Shown piece after piece: positions 39,564 through 51,436 of a stretch of 64,000 bases of DNA (positions are counted from its first letter, which is position 1; every line of letters begins with the position of its first letter). The stretch comes from Paracoccaceae bacterium (GTDB taxonomy: Bacteria; Pseudomonadota; Alphaproteobacteria; Rhodobacterales; Rhodobacteraceae), in contig JBBWVU010000020.1 of assembly GCA_050256375.1 (NCBI GenBank), forward strand, positions 38,485 to 102,484. Reading direction: 5' to 3'. The notes under the pieces are model-generated. The model had not been told where the DNA came from. It ran no database searches and saw only the letters and a list, made by a program, of their open reading frames with translations. A program made the translations under genes and the position numbers.

Positions 39564-40694
39564 ATGTCGCACAACCCGATCCGCCCTTGGCGCGATATTG
39601 ATCGTCGAAAAAGCCGTGTAATTCATGTTGGAAACGTGCCGGTTGGTGGTGATTCTCCGATTACGGTGCAGACGATGACCAATACTTTAACGTCCGATCC
39701 CGCCGCGACAATCGCACAGATTCAAGAATGTGCCGAAGCGGGCGCGGATATCATTCGTGTGTCCTGTCCTGATACAGATTCCACTGCCGCGATGGCGGAA
39801 ATCGTGAAAGCCAGCCCGGTACCAATCGTAGCTGACATCCATTTCCATTATAAGCGCGCGATTGAGGCAGCCGAGGCGGGCGTTGCGTGTTTGCGGATCA
39901 ACCCCGGCAATATCGGTTCACCTGAACGGGTGCGCGAGGTTATCAAGGCTGCGAAGGACCACGGCTGTGCAATCCGGATTGGAGTGAATGCGGGTTCGCT
40001 GGAAAAACACTTGATGGATAAATACGGCGAACCTTGCCCCGATGCGATGATCGAAAGCGGTATGGACCACATCCGAATTCTTGAGGATAACGATTTTCAG
40101 AACTATAAAATTTCATTGAAGGCCTCGGATGTCTTCATGACGGCGGCTGCGTATCAAGGGTTGGCTGACATGACTGATGCGCCGATACATCTTGGGGTAA
40201 CCGAGGCCGGCGGGCTGGTTTCCGGCACCGTAAAATCTGCAATCGGGCTTGGGAACCTGTTGTGGATGGGGATAGGCGACACTATTCGTGTGTCGCTGTC
40301 GGCTGATCCGGTCGAAGAAGTTAAAGCGGGGTTTGAAATCCTGAAATCGCTAGGGCTGCGGCATCGTGGTGTAAATATTATCTCGTGCCCATCCTGTGCA
40401 CGTCAGGGGTTTGACGTGATAAAAGTGGTCGCTGAACTGGAAAACCGTTTGGCGCATATTCACACACCTGTAAGCCTGTCGATTATCGGCTGCGTCGTTA
40501 ACGGCCCGGGCGAGGCATTGATGACCGATGTAGGATTTACGGGCGGCGGTGCTGGTTCCGGCATGGTATATTTGGCTGGTAAACAAGATCATAAACGCGG
40601 TAATGCAGGGATGATTGACCATATAGTCGAGATGGTTGAAGCCAGAGCAGAACAGATTGAAGCAGAGCAGGAGGTTGCGGATAACGCAACGTAA
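39564..40694 (+). CDS. ispG: 4-hydroxy-3-methylbut-2-en-1-yl diphosphate synthase
   Basis: [26 protein letters not shown] and GCVVNGPGE. Confidence 0.97.
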   Translation: MSHNPIRPWRDIDRRKSRVIHVGNVPVGGDSPITVQTMTNTLTSDPAATIAQIQECAEAGADIIRVSCPDTDSTAAMAEIVKASPVPIVADIHFHYKRAIEAAEAGVACLRINPGNIGSPERVREVIKAAKDHGCAIRIGVNAGSLEKHLMDKYGEPCPDAMIESGMDHIRILEDNDFQNYKISLKASDVFMTAAAYQGLADMTDAPIHLGVTEAGGLVSGTVKSAIGLGNLLWMGIGDTIRVSLSADPVEEVKAGFEILKSLGLRHRGVNIISCPSCARQGFDVIKVVAELENRLAHIHTPVSLSIIGCVVNGPGEALMTDVGFTGGGAGSGMVYLAGKQDHKRGNAGMIDHIVEMVEARAEQIEAEQEVADNAT

Positions 40695-40701
40695 GCTTTT
40701 T

Positions 40702-41190
40702 ATGATCCGAATGGCGATTTTCTTGGTATTTTTAACTTTTGCAGGTACTGGCGGGCTTTTTTATTATGTCCTGAACGTCGAACATGACCCCGCAATATGG
40801 CATGTGGATCCCTTGAGCGAACCACAATCAGTTAAACCAAATAGTTTCCGCATGGCACCTCCGGCATTGACCGAAGAATTCGTAGATTCTCCGTCTCCGG
40901 TTTACACGGTTAATCCGACCCTTATGGCCAAAGCGTTTGACGACTTTGTGCTGAGCCAGTCCAAGACGTTACGAATCGCGGGCTCGCCCGATGAAGGTTG
41001 GATGACGTATGTGCAACTAAGCCCCAGCCTGAATTTGCCGGACTACATTTCGGTCAAGTTTATCGATTTGAACGGTGGAAAATCGACGGTCGTTGTCTAT
41101 TCGCGCTCGCGGTTCGGGTATGACGACATGGGCGTGAACGGCGAACGTGTGATGTCTTGGGTTGGCACCTTGCGGTCGTTTGAACAGTAA
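40702..41190 (+). CDS. DUF1499 domain protein
   Basis: N-terminal [22 protein letters not shown] and [17 protein letters not shown]. Confidence 0.75.
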   Translation: MIRMAIFLVFLTFAGTGGLFYYVLNVEHDPAIWHVDPLSEPQSVKPNSFRMAPPALTEEFVDSPSPVYTVNPTLMAKAFDDFVLSQSKTLRIAGSPDEGWMTYVQLSPSLNLPDYISVKFIDLNGGKSTVVVYSRSRFGYDDMGVNGERVMSWVGTLRSFEQ

Positions 41191-41203
41191 AGTTGGCGTT
41201 GAA

Positions 41204-42259
41204 ATGATTGCATCTGAAAAACTGGAAATGATCCGGCAGCGGTTCGCTTTTATAGAGGCTAAACTGTCCGGCGGGGCTGAAGCCAGCGAGTTGGCATCGC
41301 TGGGGCGCGAATACGCCGAGTTGAAACCGGTAGTCAAGCAGATCGACGCGTATCAAAGCTATCTTGAAGCGCAGATCGACGCGACCGCGATGCTTGACGA
41401 TCCCGAAATGCGTGATTTGGCGCAGGAAGAATTGCAAGATATTAGAGAAAAATTGCCCAAAGCCGAGCGCGCGATAACGCTGGCCCTGATCCCTAAAGAC
41501 GAAGCTGACGTTCGTCCGGCCATACTTGAAATTCGAGCTGGTACGGGTGGTGACGAGGCGGCGCTGTTTGCCGGAGATTTATTGCGGATGTATCAGAGGT
41601 TCTGCGAGGACCGTGGCTGGAAGTTCGAGATTGTTGAAGAGGCATCCTCGGATGTGGGTGGCTATAAAGAGGTGATCGTTAACGTCAAAGGCGAGAGCGT
41701 TTTTGCCGTGATGAAGTTCGAATCCGGCGTTCACCGCGTGCAGCGTGTGCCGACGACGGAATCGGGGGGGCGGATTCACACCTCAGCCGCGACGGTCGCG
41801 GTTTTGCCCGAGGCTGAGGATGTGGACATTGATATTCCTGCCACCGACATTCGGATTGATACGATGCGCGCGTCCGGGTCTGGCGGGCAGCATGTGAATA
41901 CGACGGATTCCGCAGTACGGATTACCCACCTGCCAACCGGGATTATGGTAACTTCGTCCGAGAAATCACAGCATGTTAACCGTGTTAAGGCGATGAATGT
42001 GTTGCGCACGAGGTTGTATGACCTGGAGCGTCAAAAGGTTGACGATGAACGATCTGCGGCGCGCAAAGGGCAGATTGGCTCGGGGGATCGATCTGAGCGG
42101 ATACGGACCTATAATTATCCGCAGGGGCGGGTGACGGATCACCGCATTAACCTGACGCTTTATAAACTGGATCAGATCATGCAGGGCGATTTAGACGAGC
42201 TTATCGAAGCGTTAACGGCAGCAGATCAAGCTGAGAAATTAGCGGAGTTGGACCCATGA
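41204..42259 (+). CDS. prfA: Peptide chain release factor 1
   Basis: [16 protein letters not shown] (PxT motif), GSGGQHVN and RTYNYPQ. Confidence 0.97.
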   Translation: MIASEKLEMIRQRFAFIEAKLSGGAEASELASLGREYAELKPVVKQIDAYQSYLEAQIDATAMLDDPEMRDLAQEELQDIREKLPKAERAITLALIPKDEADVRPAILEIRAGTGGDEAALFAGDLLRMYQRFCEDRGWKFEIVEEASSDVGGYKEVIVNVKGESVFAVMKFESGVHRVQRVPTTESGGRIHTSAATVAVLPEAEDVDIDIPATDIRIDTMRASGSGGQHVNTTDSAVRITHLPTGIMVTSSEKSQHVNRVKAMNVLRTRLYDLERQKVDDERSAARKGQIGSGDRSERIRTYNYPQGRVTDHRINLTLYKLDQIMQGDLDELIEALTAADQAEKLAELDP

Positions 42260-43092
42260 GTGTGACTGTTAACGAGGCGTTAAACACTGCTGCCAAATGG
42301 TTAACGGATGCTGGCATTCAGGCCGCTGACGTTGATGCGCGGATTTTGTTGGCTTATGCCATGGAATGCGAACCGTCGCGGTTGTTGTTGATGGGCGACG
42401 ACGAAGTACATCCAAACACTTTCCGCACTTTCGACGACTTGCTTGCCAAACGTGAAAAGTTCCAACCCGTAAGCCAGATTATTGGCGGTCGCGAGTTCTG
42501 GGGACGCTGGTTCAACGTTACGCAAGATGTGCTGGACCCACGCCCTGAAACGGAATCGTTGATCGAAAAGGCGCTGGAAAGCAACCCGCGCCAACGGGTT
42601 CTGGATCTTGGAACCGGCACTGGAATTCTGGCGATTACGCTGGCTGCCGAATGGCTCGAGACGCGTGTTATCGCAGTCGACATCAGTAGCGAGGCGATTG
42701 CTGTAGCCAAAACGAACGCCGCCGCTCATGACGTTTCGGAGCGCGTTAACCTTATAGTCTCGAATTGGTTTGACGCTGTTGCCGGGCAGTTCGACCTGAT
42801 CGTTTCCAACCCACCGTATATTGCTGCTGCCGAAATGAGTGGCCTGTCGCCGGATGTTCGTAACTGGGAGCCGTTTTTGGCGCTGACACCCGGGGGCGAC
42901 GGGCTGGATTCGTATCGCATTATTGCGGGCTCTTTGGATAAGTTTTTGGCGAGTGACGGTCTGGCGATATTTGAAATTGGACATACACAGGGGGCGGATG
43001 TTCTGAAAATCTTTGCGAACGCAGGATTCGATGATGTGGCGGTTTCGCAAGATTTGGGTGGTAAGGACCGTGTTGTTACGGTGAAAAACTAG
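42256..43092 (+). CDS. prmC: Release factor glutamine methyltransferase
   Basis: PRPETE, DLGTGTG and SNPPY. Confidence 0.95.
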   Translation: MSVTVNEALNTAAKWLTDAGIQAADVDARILLAYAMECEPSRLLLMGDDEVHPNTFRTFDDLLAKREKFQPVSQIIGGREFWGRWFNVTQDVLDPRPETESLIEKALESNPRQRVLDLGTGTGILAITLAAEWLETRVIAVDISSEAIAVAKTNAAAHDVSERVNLIVSNWFDAVAGQFDLIVSNPPYIAAAEMSGLSPDVRNWEPFLALTPGGDGLDSYRIIAGSLDKFLASDGLAIFEIGHTQGADVLKIFANAGFDDVAVSQDLGGKDRVVTVKN

Positions 43093-43311
43093 GTAAATCA
43101 GCGTTTCAGCAAGATTTTAGCTGAATAGCGGCTTTTCCCCCTTGTTTTCGTGGCATTGCACGGTGTAAATTAGGCCATCCACCCGAGATTGAGCCATGAT
43201 AGCTCTCTCGTTGAGAGTGGGAACGTTAACCCTATATTGGGACTTTCACGCGAAACTGGCGGCGCAACATTGCGCATACCTATAACTCCCATAATTTGGA
43301 AATACGAGATC

Positions 43312-43860
43312 ATGAGACCTTCAAACAAACTCCGCTCGCGGAACAAGAATAATAACCGTCGGAATAACAACAATTCTAGCAACGTGGTTAACCGCGTGCT
43401 TGACAGCGCCGGCCCCGACGGGCGCGTGCGCGGAACCCCGCAGCAGATAATCGAAAAATATCGCGGCTTGGCGCATGATGCATTAATGGCCGACGACCGG
43501 GTAGCAGCTGAAAGCTTTCAGCAACACGCCGAGCATTACAGCCGTTTGCTAAGCGTCGCGCAGAGGCAAGCCGAGCAACGCCAAGCTGAACAGCAGGCGC
43601 GGCAGGCTGAACAGCAAGCCCGTCAAGTCGAACAACAAGCGCGGCAGGCCAAGCAACAGCAGCATGAAAATCAGGATAAATCGGATAACCAGCAGCCGGA
43701 GTCTGGTTTTGTCGAAGTTTCCGCAGAGCAGCCTGATGTAGCGGATAACTTGGTCACGACACCGGAAAGCAAACAGCGACGTCAGCGTCGCAAACCGGAA
43801 TCGGAAGTCGTTTCTGAAGATGCTGATCCGGCGACGGAAGACCAACCACAGACTCTTTGA
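43312..43860 (+). CDS. DUF4167 domain protein
   Basis: LDSAGPDGRVRGTPQQIIEKY..LA.DA....DRVAAESFQQHAEHY. Confidence 0.85.
   Translation: MRPSNKLRSRNKNNNRRNNNNSSNVVNRVLDSAGPDGRVRGTPQQIIEKYRGLAHDALMADDRVAAESFQQHAEHYSRLLSVAQRQAEQRQAEQQARQAEQQARQVEQQARQAKQQQHENQDKSDNQQPESGFVEVSAEQPDVADNLVTTPESKQRRQRRKPESEVVSEDADPATEDQPQTL
43588..43650 (+). repeat. Three tandem 21-nt units encoding EQQARQ(A/V)
   Basis: EQQARQA-EQQARQV-EQQARQA, with different synonymous codons in each unit. Confidence 0.85.
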
Positions 43861-44706
43861 TTACCTCGGGTAGAGGATGCGGCTAAGGCGGCAGAATTCC
43901 TCGACCGAGACTTGTTCGGCCCTTGTAGTCGGGTCAATGTCGGCTGCGCGGATGCGCTCCTCGACGTCTTTCCCTAGCGATTTCAGACTGGCCCGCAGCA
44001 TCTTGCGGCGTTGACCGAAGGCAAGTGAAACGGTGCGTGACAGGTCTTTGGCATCGGCGGGAAAACGTGGTTTGTCCAGCCGTTCCAGATGCACGACAGC
44101 CGATGTGACTTTTGGTGGCGGCGTGAAGGCTTGCGGGGAAATTGCGAATGCAAGCTTTGCTTCGGTTCGCCATTGCGCCAGCACAGATAGGCGGCCATAG
44201 GCCTTGCTGCCCGGTTCGGCGACGATGCGCTGTGCGACTTCTTTTTGAAACATTAGCGTTAGGCTTTGCCAGTAGGGTGGCCATTTCGGTGGGGTGAGCC
44301 AGCGGATTAGAAGTTCAGTTCCGACGTTGTAGGGCAGGTTTGCAACAACGCGGATCGGGGCGGTTAGGTGCGGTAACGGGTCAACTTCCAACGCGTTCCC
44401 TTCGATCACGGTCAGTCGGCCGGGGTAGGCAGTGGACACTTGATCCAGTATCGCGAGACAGCGATTGTCCATTTCGATAGCGACCACATTCCGTGCGCCT
44501 TCCATCAACAATGCGCGGGTCAGGCCACCTGGGCCTGGGCCGATTTCCAGCACATCACATGCGCTTAGGTCTCCTGCACGCCGCGCAATTTTTGATGTCA
44601 GGTTCAAATCCATAAGGAAGTTCTGACCCAGAGCTTTGCGCGCGCTTAACCCGTGTTCGGCGATAACTTCGCGAAGCGGTGGCAGGCCGTCTTGGACCGT
44701 TTTCAT
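43861..44706 (-). CDS. rsmA: 16S rRNA dimethyltransferase
   Basis: [22 protein letters not shown] and FTPPPKVTS. Confidence 0.96.
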   Translation of the reverse strand: MKTVQDGLPPLREVIAEHGLSARKALGQNFLMDLNLTSKIARRAGDLSACDVLEIGPGPGGLTRALLMEGARNVVAIEMDNRCLAILDQVSTAYPGRLTVIEGNALEVDPLPHLTAPIRVVANLPYNVGTELLIRWLTPPKWPPYWQSLTLMFQKEVAQRIVAEPGSKAYGRLSVLAQWRTEAKLAFAISPQAFTPPPKVTSAVVHLERLDKPRFPADAKDLSRTVSLAFGQRRKMLRASLKSLGKDVEERIRAADIDPTTRAEQVSVEEFCRLSRILYPR

Positions 44707-45695
44707 GTGGTTCCCCTGTGTCGTGCCATCTTGAGAGCGGTGCGCAATGCTTCTGTTAGGGAAAGCGCGTCTGCGCGGTTTTGGCCAACAATATCAAACG
44801 CCGTGCCATGATCCGGCGAAGTTCGGATGAATGGCAGACCGAGTGTCGTGTTAACGCCAGCAGAAAAATTTAGCGTTTTAATCGGGATCAGCGCTTGGTC
44901 ATGATACATGCACAGCGCCAAATCATAACGTTCGCGGGCCGCAGCGTGAAACATGGTGTCGGCAGACATGGGACCAAGGAGGGTCATGCCTTCGGCACGC
45001 AGTTTGTCCAACGTAGGCGAGATAAAGTCGATTTCCTCGGACCCCATCGCGCCGTATTCGCCCGCGTGGGGGTTAAGCCCTGCAACAGCAATCCGCGGGG
45101 CGGGAATGCCAAGATCGTCGATCATCGCCGTGTGGGTGACGCGGATGGTTTGTTCCAGTAGATCAGCGGTCAGAATTTCATGTATTTGATTAACCGCGAT
45201 GTGAATCGTCACAGGAACCACACGCAACTCGGGGGCGCTTAGCATCATCACAGGGCGTGTGACGTTCGCTAGGCTGGCCAAATATTCTGTGTGGCCCGGA
45301 AAGGCAAAACCCGCACCCTCTTGCAGGGCCCTTTTATGGATCGGGTTAGTAGTCAAGGCGCAGGCTTGACCCGAAGTAGTCAGCCGCATGGCACGTTCAA
45401 TCATCGCAACAACTTCGGCGGCGTTCTGTGCGCTTGGCACGCCTGCGTTCACAGGGGCGGGCAACGGGTGATCCAGAATGGGCACCGCGGCAGGCATCGC
45501 CGCGGCGGCTTGATCGGGGGTCGTGATGATCTTGATCGGAGTACCGGACTGATTGGCGAGAGATTGCATATGCGCGGCGTCGGCAATCAGGAAAAACGGT
45601 AATTCATCGCGCAGCGTTTGCCACGCCTTCAACGATATCTCGCCACCAATTCCAGCCGGTTCCCCAAGCGTCAGGGCGACTGGTTTCATGTTCAT
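44703..45695 (-). CDS. pdxA: 4-hydroxythreonine-4-phosphate dehydrogenase
   Basis: [26 protein letters not shown] and RTSPDHGTA. Confidence 0.96.
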   Translation of the reverse strand: MNMKPVALTLGEPAGIGGEISLKAWQTLRDELPFFLIADAAHMQSLANQSGTPIKIITTPDQAAAAMPAAVPILDHPLPAPVNAGVPSAQNAAEVVAMIERAMRLTTSGQACALTTNPIHKRALQEGAGFAFPGHTEYLASLANVTRPVMMLSAPELRVVPVTIHIAVNQIHEILTADLLEQTIRVTHTAMIDDLGIPAPRIAVAGLNPHAGEYGAMGSEEIDFISPTLDKLRAEGMTLLGPMSADTMFHAAARERYDLALCMYHDQALIPIKTLNFSAGVNTTLGLPFIRTSPDHGTAFDIVGQNRADALSLTEALRTALKMARHRGTT

Positions 45696-46897
45696 CGTTT
45701 CTCGATTATGGCTGTGCGTCGAAGCTCCAGAAGATAGCCTTCAGCCAGTTTTGTCAGTTTTTGGCCGAATAACCCGTTGGTAATCTGAGTCTGGACTTCC
45801 TGCGCCAGATCCGTTGTGCGATTACACAACTGGATAAGCAGCACGCTGTCACCGTTGGTGATAATCTCGCTTTTGCCAGCCATTAGGCGGGCCAGTGATA
45901 CAGAGATGTCCGCTGGAACGCTATCAACGGATGTTGGACCAAACATGCCGCTAAGTGGCCCGAAGTTCGCGGCTGACGAAGTTCCGGTGCTGCATTCATC
46001 CAAGCCGCTTTGCATGGCGGTTGCACGGGCGACGGCATTGGTCTGGCCTGCAAAATCCAAAATAGTGTATTCAACAGAGACTGTTTTTTGTAGCGCGCTT
46101 GATACGGTTTTTGAGGCGACTACCTTCAAGATGATAATGCCGGTCGAGATGCGGATAGGGTCCGATACCTGCCCGGACCCGAGGCCGATAACTTTTGCGG
46201 CGATCGCTGATGGCAGGCGTTCGGGGGCCAGCCAACCGATTTGTCCACCATTGGCCGCCGTTTGTGAGCGACTGAAACGTGTGACCGCGTCTTTAAAATT
46301 GGCGCCACTGTTCAGGTCGCGGGCCAGACGGTCGGCAAAGGCGATGGTGGCTTCTTCGCCACGCTCTGCGAAGGGTAGGGCGATTTCGGCCAACAGGATC
46401 GTCGTCTGTGTGACCGCAGCGGCAATGTTCACGGCGTTATCCAGATCGACGCTCGTGGGATTGGCGGCCTGACGGAATCGGCGCTGAACCAGATCACGCC
46501 ACAGCAGTTGAACCTCGAAAAAGTCTTCATAAGCTTGGCGCGAAACACCACGAGCGCGGGCTTTGGCCCACAATGCCTGGGCTGTCGTGTTTTGATTTGC
46601 GGCTAAGTTAGCCAACCCGCGTGCAAGGGCTGCGCTGTCGAGGGACAGGCCGATAATGCTCGCGGCGCGTAGTTTAAGGCGGTCCTCGATAAGTTGATCC
46701 GTTGCTTCTTGCTGGATGTTTGGTGACTGTATGCCCAATCCGCGCAGAAGTTTGGCCCGTTCGCTGATGTCGAAATGGGTAATTATTGAATCGTTAACCG
46801 AATAGGCGGCCGAGTACGGGTTGGCAGCATACGCTGTGGAAACCCACGCACAAAAAACTAATGTTACGGCCAGCGTCCAATTTAAAGTTTTACCCAT
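45692..46897 (-). CDS. surA: SurA-like peptidylprolyl isomerase/chaperone
   Basis: Signal peptide, parvulin-like segment (FS...A.NGGQIGW); position between lptD and pdxA. Confidence 0.82.
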   Translation of the reverse strand: MGKTLNWTLAVTLVFCAWVSTAYAANPYSAAYSVNDSIITHFDISERAKLLRGLGIQSPNIQQEATDQLIEDRLKLRAASIIGLSLDSAALARGLANLAANQNTTAQALWAKARARGVSRQAYEDFFEVQLLWRDLVQRRFRQAANPTSVDLDNAVNIAAAVTQTTILLAEIALPFAERGEEATIAFADRLARDLNSGANFKDAVTRFSRSQTAANGGQIGWLAPERLPSAIAAKVIGLGSGQVSDPIRISTGIIILKVVASKTVSSALQKTVSVEYTILDFAGQTNAVARATAMQSGLDECSTGTSSAANFGPLSGMFGPTSVDSVPADISVSLARLMAGKSEIITNGDSVLLIQLCNRTTDLAQEVQTQITNGLFGQKLTKLAEGYLLELRRTAIIEKR

Positions 46898-46920
46898 TAT
46901 CTTAACCTCGTAATAACACT

Positions 46921-49089
46921 CTAGTATGCACATCGTGCGGCAGGCCACTCAGTCGTCGACGTTCCCCCGAATCCGGCCAGTTGCAGCGTCAGATTTATAT
47001 CGGTCGACGGGACTACGTTATTCGAAGAAGTGAAGCGGCGCGAGAGGGAAACCCCGATTTCTATGCATTCGTTGCCATAAGTAGCGCCGAATCCGGCGGA
47101 AACGTCAAGGTTTTCCAGTAGATCGCGCTTCCAGTTGAAATCGAGCGCCCAGTTCGGGGCAATCCGATACTGGACATCAATCGTTCCCTCGCCGCGCTCG
47201 GCGGAGGCAAGGGCTAGTATGTCTGCGGCAAGGTATATGGCCGTTCCGCTAACACCCCACTTGCCGAAAGAAGTCGAAAACTGTGTGTCGCTTCGTTTAA
47301 AATTGAGCTTGTCATCGAACAGAAATCGCCCGATTACGTTGAAGTCAGGTGCGGATTCAAAGCTGATTGCACCCAAGATGTCAGAGGTTGAACCGCCCAG
47401 CAAAGTATCGTCAGCGAAAAGGTCCAATGGTTCCGAGCGGACAATTAAACCGCCTGCAAGACCCAGAGACCAACCGTTGTTGTCGTAAACCGTATACGTC
47501 GCACCAATGTTGGCACGGTATCCGGTTTCGGTCACGTTGCGACCCGGAAATCGATTCAGATCGAACAAGTTTGTGTCGTCGAATTCCGCTTGCTGGCTGT
47601 CTTCGTTAGGCACAGGGTCGTTAAAGGCGGGATCGGCGGTGAACAACAACTGGACTATTGGCTCGAAAATATGTCGGGCGTTTGGCGTAGTTTTGGCTAG
47701 GGGCCAGCGGATGTTGGCCCCGACGGACGGATGCGCGCTGATTAGGATGGTTTCTGGAAAAACGACGCTGTTCCAAACGCGGTAAATATCGGCGTCAATA
47801 TTGACGAACCCCGAAGCCCGCAGTCCCAATGGCAGGTTTAGTTCCACGCGGTAGTCCAGCCCTGCACCGACGCGCAACACATCCTCGCCCAGTTTGCGAG
47901 ACAGGCCGACCAGACTGATTTCATACCCGAATTCCCCCCCTAACACAGGGTCGGATCGATATCCGCGATAATTGAATTCAGGCAATACTAGCGGAATCGT
48001 GTCGTTGTTTTCGCTATCTCGCAGGCTGAACATATGCGCTGCCACAAGCGAGACGTATCCTCGATCGCGATATCGACTGAAGCTTAGTTCGTTAATCAGG
48101 CGGTCGGTGTTATTGTAGTTATATTGACGCAGAAAACCGTTATCGCTGATCGCGGTGGCCCCGAACGAAAGGGTGACGTTGTCAAACACTTCAAAAACAC
48201 CGTCTACCTTCAGGAACCCACGCCCGAAATCGTTGAATTCGTCGCGAATCGCCAGCGCACCGAACGCTTCGAACATGCCGTTGGCGAAACGATGTCGGTA
48301 TTCAGCATCAACTACTGTGGCCCCATCAAAATTCAGCGTAGGCGTGATGGTCACATCGGCATGATGCCCCAAGACCAGATAATACGGTAATTTGACACCG
48401 TCGCCAAAATATTCCGATGACAAAATCACAGGGTTAAGAAATCCTGTAGCGCGGCGCACCGACGCGTCTGGAATTCGCATATATGGAAGGTAGAAAACCG
48501 GTTGGCCGAAGATTTCGATAGTGGCGCTGCGAAAGTGAATTTGTTTGTTTTGCTCGTCGCGAATGACCTGCTTTGCCCTGATTTGCCAAGCCGGGACGGG
48601 GCGCTCGGCACATATCTGGCAGGCGCTGGCTACAACGTTATTCAGAGTGTCGAACCGTCCCTTGGTGCGCTCGTATTCGGTCGCCGTAAGTTGCATCTGC
48701 CCTGCCAGTAACAATCGCGCCCCGCGCACAAGACCTGTTTGAAGGTCGGTGGAAAGGTCGGCGAAATCAGCCAAGACGACCGTGCCACTGGCATCTGTAA
48801 TAACGATGGGTCCCTCGGCCGTGATCTGTCCAAGGCGCGAATCGTAGATGATGCTACTGGCGCTAAGGACGGTATCCCCGAAGAATATATGCACATTTCC
48901 GGTTGCGGTCAGAACTCCGGTGCTTTGGTTCAAATTGATGGTATCGGCTAACAAGCTGATGGGGTAGTCTGGTTGGCCAACCGCCATTTGCGGTAAGAAG
49001 CCGCAGGCGAACAGCAACATCAGGGTAGTTACGCGGACTCTAAGAAAGTTGGTAAATTTGCGGACAGACCTGCGCATTATATTAGCCAT
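46921..49089 (-). CDS. lptD: LPS assembly protein LptD
   Basis: OstA-like N-terminus, ASACQIC, P.WQIRA, FYLPY and FDLNRFPG; start codon uncertain (49077 or 49089). Confidence 0.9.
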   Translation of the reverse strand: MANIMRRSVRKFTNFLRVRVTTLMLLFACGFLPQMAVGQPDYPISLLADTINLNQSTGVLTATGNVHIFFGDTVLSASSIIYDSRLGQITAEGPIVITDASGTVVLADFADLSTDLQTGLVRGARLLLAGQMQLTATEYERTKGRFDTLNNVVASACQICAERPVPAWQIRAKQVIRDEQNKQIHFRSATIEIFGQPVFYLPYMRIPDASVRRATGFLNPVILSSEYFGDGVKLPYYLVLGHHADVTITPTLNFDGATVVDAEYRHRFANGMFEAFGALAIRDEFNDFGRGFLKVDGVFEVFDNVTLSFGATAISDNGFLRQYNYNNTDRLINELSFSRYRDRGYVSLVAAHMFSLRDSENNDTIPLVLPEFNYRGYRSDPVLGGEFGYEISLVGLSRKLGEDVLRVGAGLDYRVELNLPLGLRASGFVNIDADIYRVWNSVVFPETILISAHPSVGANIRWPLAKTTPNARHIFEPIVQLLFTADPAFNDPVPNEDSQQAEFDDTNLFDLNRFPGRNVTETGYRANIGATYTVYDNNGWSLGLAGGLIVRSEPLDLFADDTLLGGSTSDILGAISFESAPDFNVIGRFLFDDKLNFKRSDTQFSTSFGKWGVSGTAIYLAADILALASAERGEGTIDVQYRIAPNWALDFNWKRDLLENLDVSAGFGATYGNECIEIGVSLSRRFTSSNNVVPSTDINLTLQLAGFGGTSTTEWPAARCAY

Positions 49090-50182
49090 CCTCCAGATGC
49101 AGCACAAACGCCAGAGCAAACAAAGCGGCAGCCAGAGGTGGTGCCCATGCCGCCAGCAAAATCGGCACTTCTTGCGCTTGTCCGAGCGATTCGGCAACGT
49201 TTGTTATCGCGAAAAGCACGAATCCGGAAACCACCGCCAACAATGCCATAACGCCTGCATGTCCAAATCGGGCATGGCGTAGCGAGAATGCAGAGCCGAT
49301 CATCATCATTGCGACCAACATTAAAGGAGTTGCATATTGCGACTGTAAAAAGACCCGATGCCGCACGGCCGAGAATCCGGATGCGTCCAGCTGCCCGATA
49401 AACGCGGGAAGGTTCCAGACCGAGATTGTTTTAGGGGCAGCGAAACTGCTGAGGATGCGATCGCTTGTCAGGTCCGTTGGCAGTACGATTTCCTCGAATG
49501 GGCGGATATCGATGTTTTCGAACAGGTTCTTGTCCAAAAATCGCCATTGGGTTGCGTTTAATAGTTTCCAGGCACCGGGTTGCAGGATGGCGCGGCTTGC
49601 CTCGATCCGGCGTACAAGGTCGCCTTGGGTCGAGAATTCGTGGAACCGGACGCCATATAAAACTTCGCCACTTAGGCTGGAGTTGCGGGCTTGAATGATG
49701 AAATTGCTGTTTGCACCGGTCTGACGCAGCCATAGCCCCTCGCGAGAGATCGACAGCAGGTTGCCGTCGCTGCCCGTGTATTCGGTGCGTATTTCAGCCG
49801 CTTTACGAATTGTGGCGGCGATAATCGGATTAAACGCCGCGACCGCTACCACGCCCATCAGCAGTGTAACCAGTGTCGGTGCCATCAACATTTTCAAGGC
49901 AGAAATCCCCGATGCGCGGACTATCACCAGTTCGCTAGATCGGGACATGCCGAGGAACGTGAACATACTGCCCAGCAACACTACAAGCGGAAAAGTTGCG
50001 AACATTGCGTCGGGTAGGGTGACGGATATCAACTGGATGTATGTTTTGACATCGGCCTCGCGCCCTGAAAAAAACCGGGTCACGTCGGTGACGATTATTA
50101 ACAACAGCAACGCTGTCAGTGCGATCTGAACCCTTAACACATTCAGGAAAAACCTTCTGGCGATGTAGGAATATAACGTCAT
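49082..50182 (-). CDS. lptG: LPS export ABC permease LptG
   Basis: YIARRF, SRSSELVIVRASGIS and GLWLRQ; ATGA overlap with lptF. Confidence 0.9.
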   Translation of the reverse strand: MTLYSYIARRFFLNVLRVQIALTALLLLIIVTDVTRFFSGREADVKTYIQLISVTLPDAMFATFPLVVLLGSMFTFLGMSRSSELVIVRASGISALKMLMAPTLVTLLMGVVAVAAFNPIIAATIRKAAEIRTEYTGSDGNLLSISREGLWLRQTGANSNFIIQARNSSLSGEVLYGVRFHEFSTQGDLVRRIEASRAILQPGAWKLLNATQWRFLDKNLFENIDIRPFEEIVLPTDLTSDRILSSFAAPKTISVWNLPAFIGQLDASGFSAVRHRVFLQSQYATPLMLVAMMMIGSAFSLRHARFGHAGVMALLAVVSGFVLFAITNVAESLGQAQEVPILLAAWAPPLAAALFALAFVLHLEDG

Positions 50183-51303
50183 GCCACCACCACCGGAACT
50201 TGGCGCAAGTTGCGTTTTACCCGATTTCTGGTCAATGCAGTCAAACTGAGGATCATGCAAATCAGTGCCGGTGCATACGCGACAAGATACATGTCAGGAT
50301 TGGTGCTGACCCACGTCTTTATGGTTAACGTCGTGCCGAGCAAGAAAATTCCAGACGCGCCAGTAAGCGAGATCCGCAATCCCAATCCTGTGCGCCTATA
50401 ATTGGCAGTCATCAACATGGAAAACGCATATAGCGGTAACACCAGTCCCATCAGGGGGAGCGCCAAGCGCAAATGTGCTTCGGCAAAGTATACGCCTGCG
50501 CTAAGAGCTCCACCATCTGCAATAATTTGTTCGGGGTCGAGCAATTCCGAGATGTAATACTCGGACGGGACGCGAATGCGATTACGGGTTTGCGCAACGA
50601 TTGAGCTTAAGTCGAAGACGAACTGGTCGAACTCGATGATATTTAGGATTGTATTCGACACCGAGTAGCGCTGTATTATACCTTGATTCATTACTAACCG
50701 TAGTTCGTTATTGTCCTGAAGCAACAATGCTTGTTTTGCAGAATACGTTACGGGTTGCGCCGAATCACGCTGATCGTTCAGAAAAATCCCCTCGATTTCG
50801 CCCGCTTTACTGGAGTCCTTGATGTAAATAGTCACGCCTGCAACCGGATGAATAAATTGTTTTTCGCGCAACAACGACATCAACGAATCTTCGCGCACCT
50901 CGGCTATCCGGTTTGCAAGGCGTGTGGTCGATCGAGGCATCAGGGCTATAATCAAAACGAACATCGCCAACATCATGATTGTTCCAACGGCAACCGTAGC
51001 GCGGATAATACGAGTAGGCGAGAGACCCGAGGACAAAATTACCGCCATCTCGGATTCGCCAAACAGGCGGTTCACAGTGAATAAAGTCGAAACGAATACC
51101 GCTACGGGCAGCACTACGGTAAGCACGTTTGGCAGGATCAACGCGGCAAATTCCAAAAAAATCACACCAGAGTGGCCATTGTCGATAATGATTTCCATTA
51201 GTGGCAACGTTTGGGTCAACCAGATGATTCCGGCCAACGCCAGCGAAAAAAACCCGAACGAGCCGAGCTGTTGCATAAACAAATATCGATCAAGCCGGTT
51301 CAC
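50179..51303 (-). CDS. lptF: LPS export ABC permease LptF
   Basis: RLDRYLF, NRLFGESEMAV..SSGLSP; GTG start inferred. Confidence 0.88.
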   Translation of the reverse strand: MNRLDRYLFMQQLGSFGFFSLALAGIIWLTQTLPLMEIIIDNGHSGVIFLEFAALILPNVLTVVLPVAVFVSTLFTVNRLFGESEMAVILSSGLSPTRIIRATVAVGTIMMLAMFVLIIALMPRSTTRLANRIAEVREDSLMSLLREKQFIHPVAGVTIYIKDSSKAGEIEGIFLNDQRDSAQPVTYSAKQALLLQDNNELRLVMNQGIIQRYSVSNTILNIIEFDQFVFDLSSIVAQTRNRIRVPSEYYISELLDPEQIIADGGALSAGVYFAEAHLRLALPLMGLVLPLYAFSMLMTANYRRTGLGLRISLTGASGIFLLGTTLTIKTWVSTNPDMYLVAYAPALICMILSLTALTRNRVKRNLRQVPVVVA

Positions 51304-51436
51304 GAGTCGTTTTATCCCTAAAGTTCGGTACAGCTTACCTAATCCGGCGTATTTCGTCACCCCCAACTGGTCAAGGGGATGTTATCGGGATAGGACTGTA
51401 TACAGCAAGATTCTGCCAGTTTTTTAGGAATATAAT

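Noticed and set aside
42301-43050. 249-aa ORF opposite prmC, and similar long antisense ORFs opposite pepA (51871-52647) and puuD (6696-7445)
   Set aside because: Each is fully nested in a well-supported gene on the other strand; this is expected in moderately GC-rich DNA.
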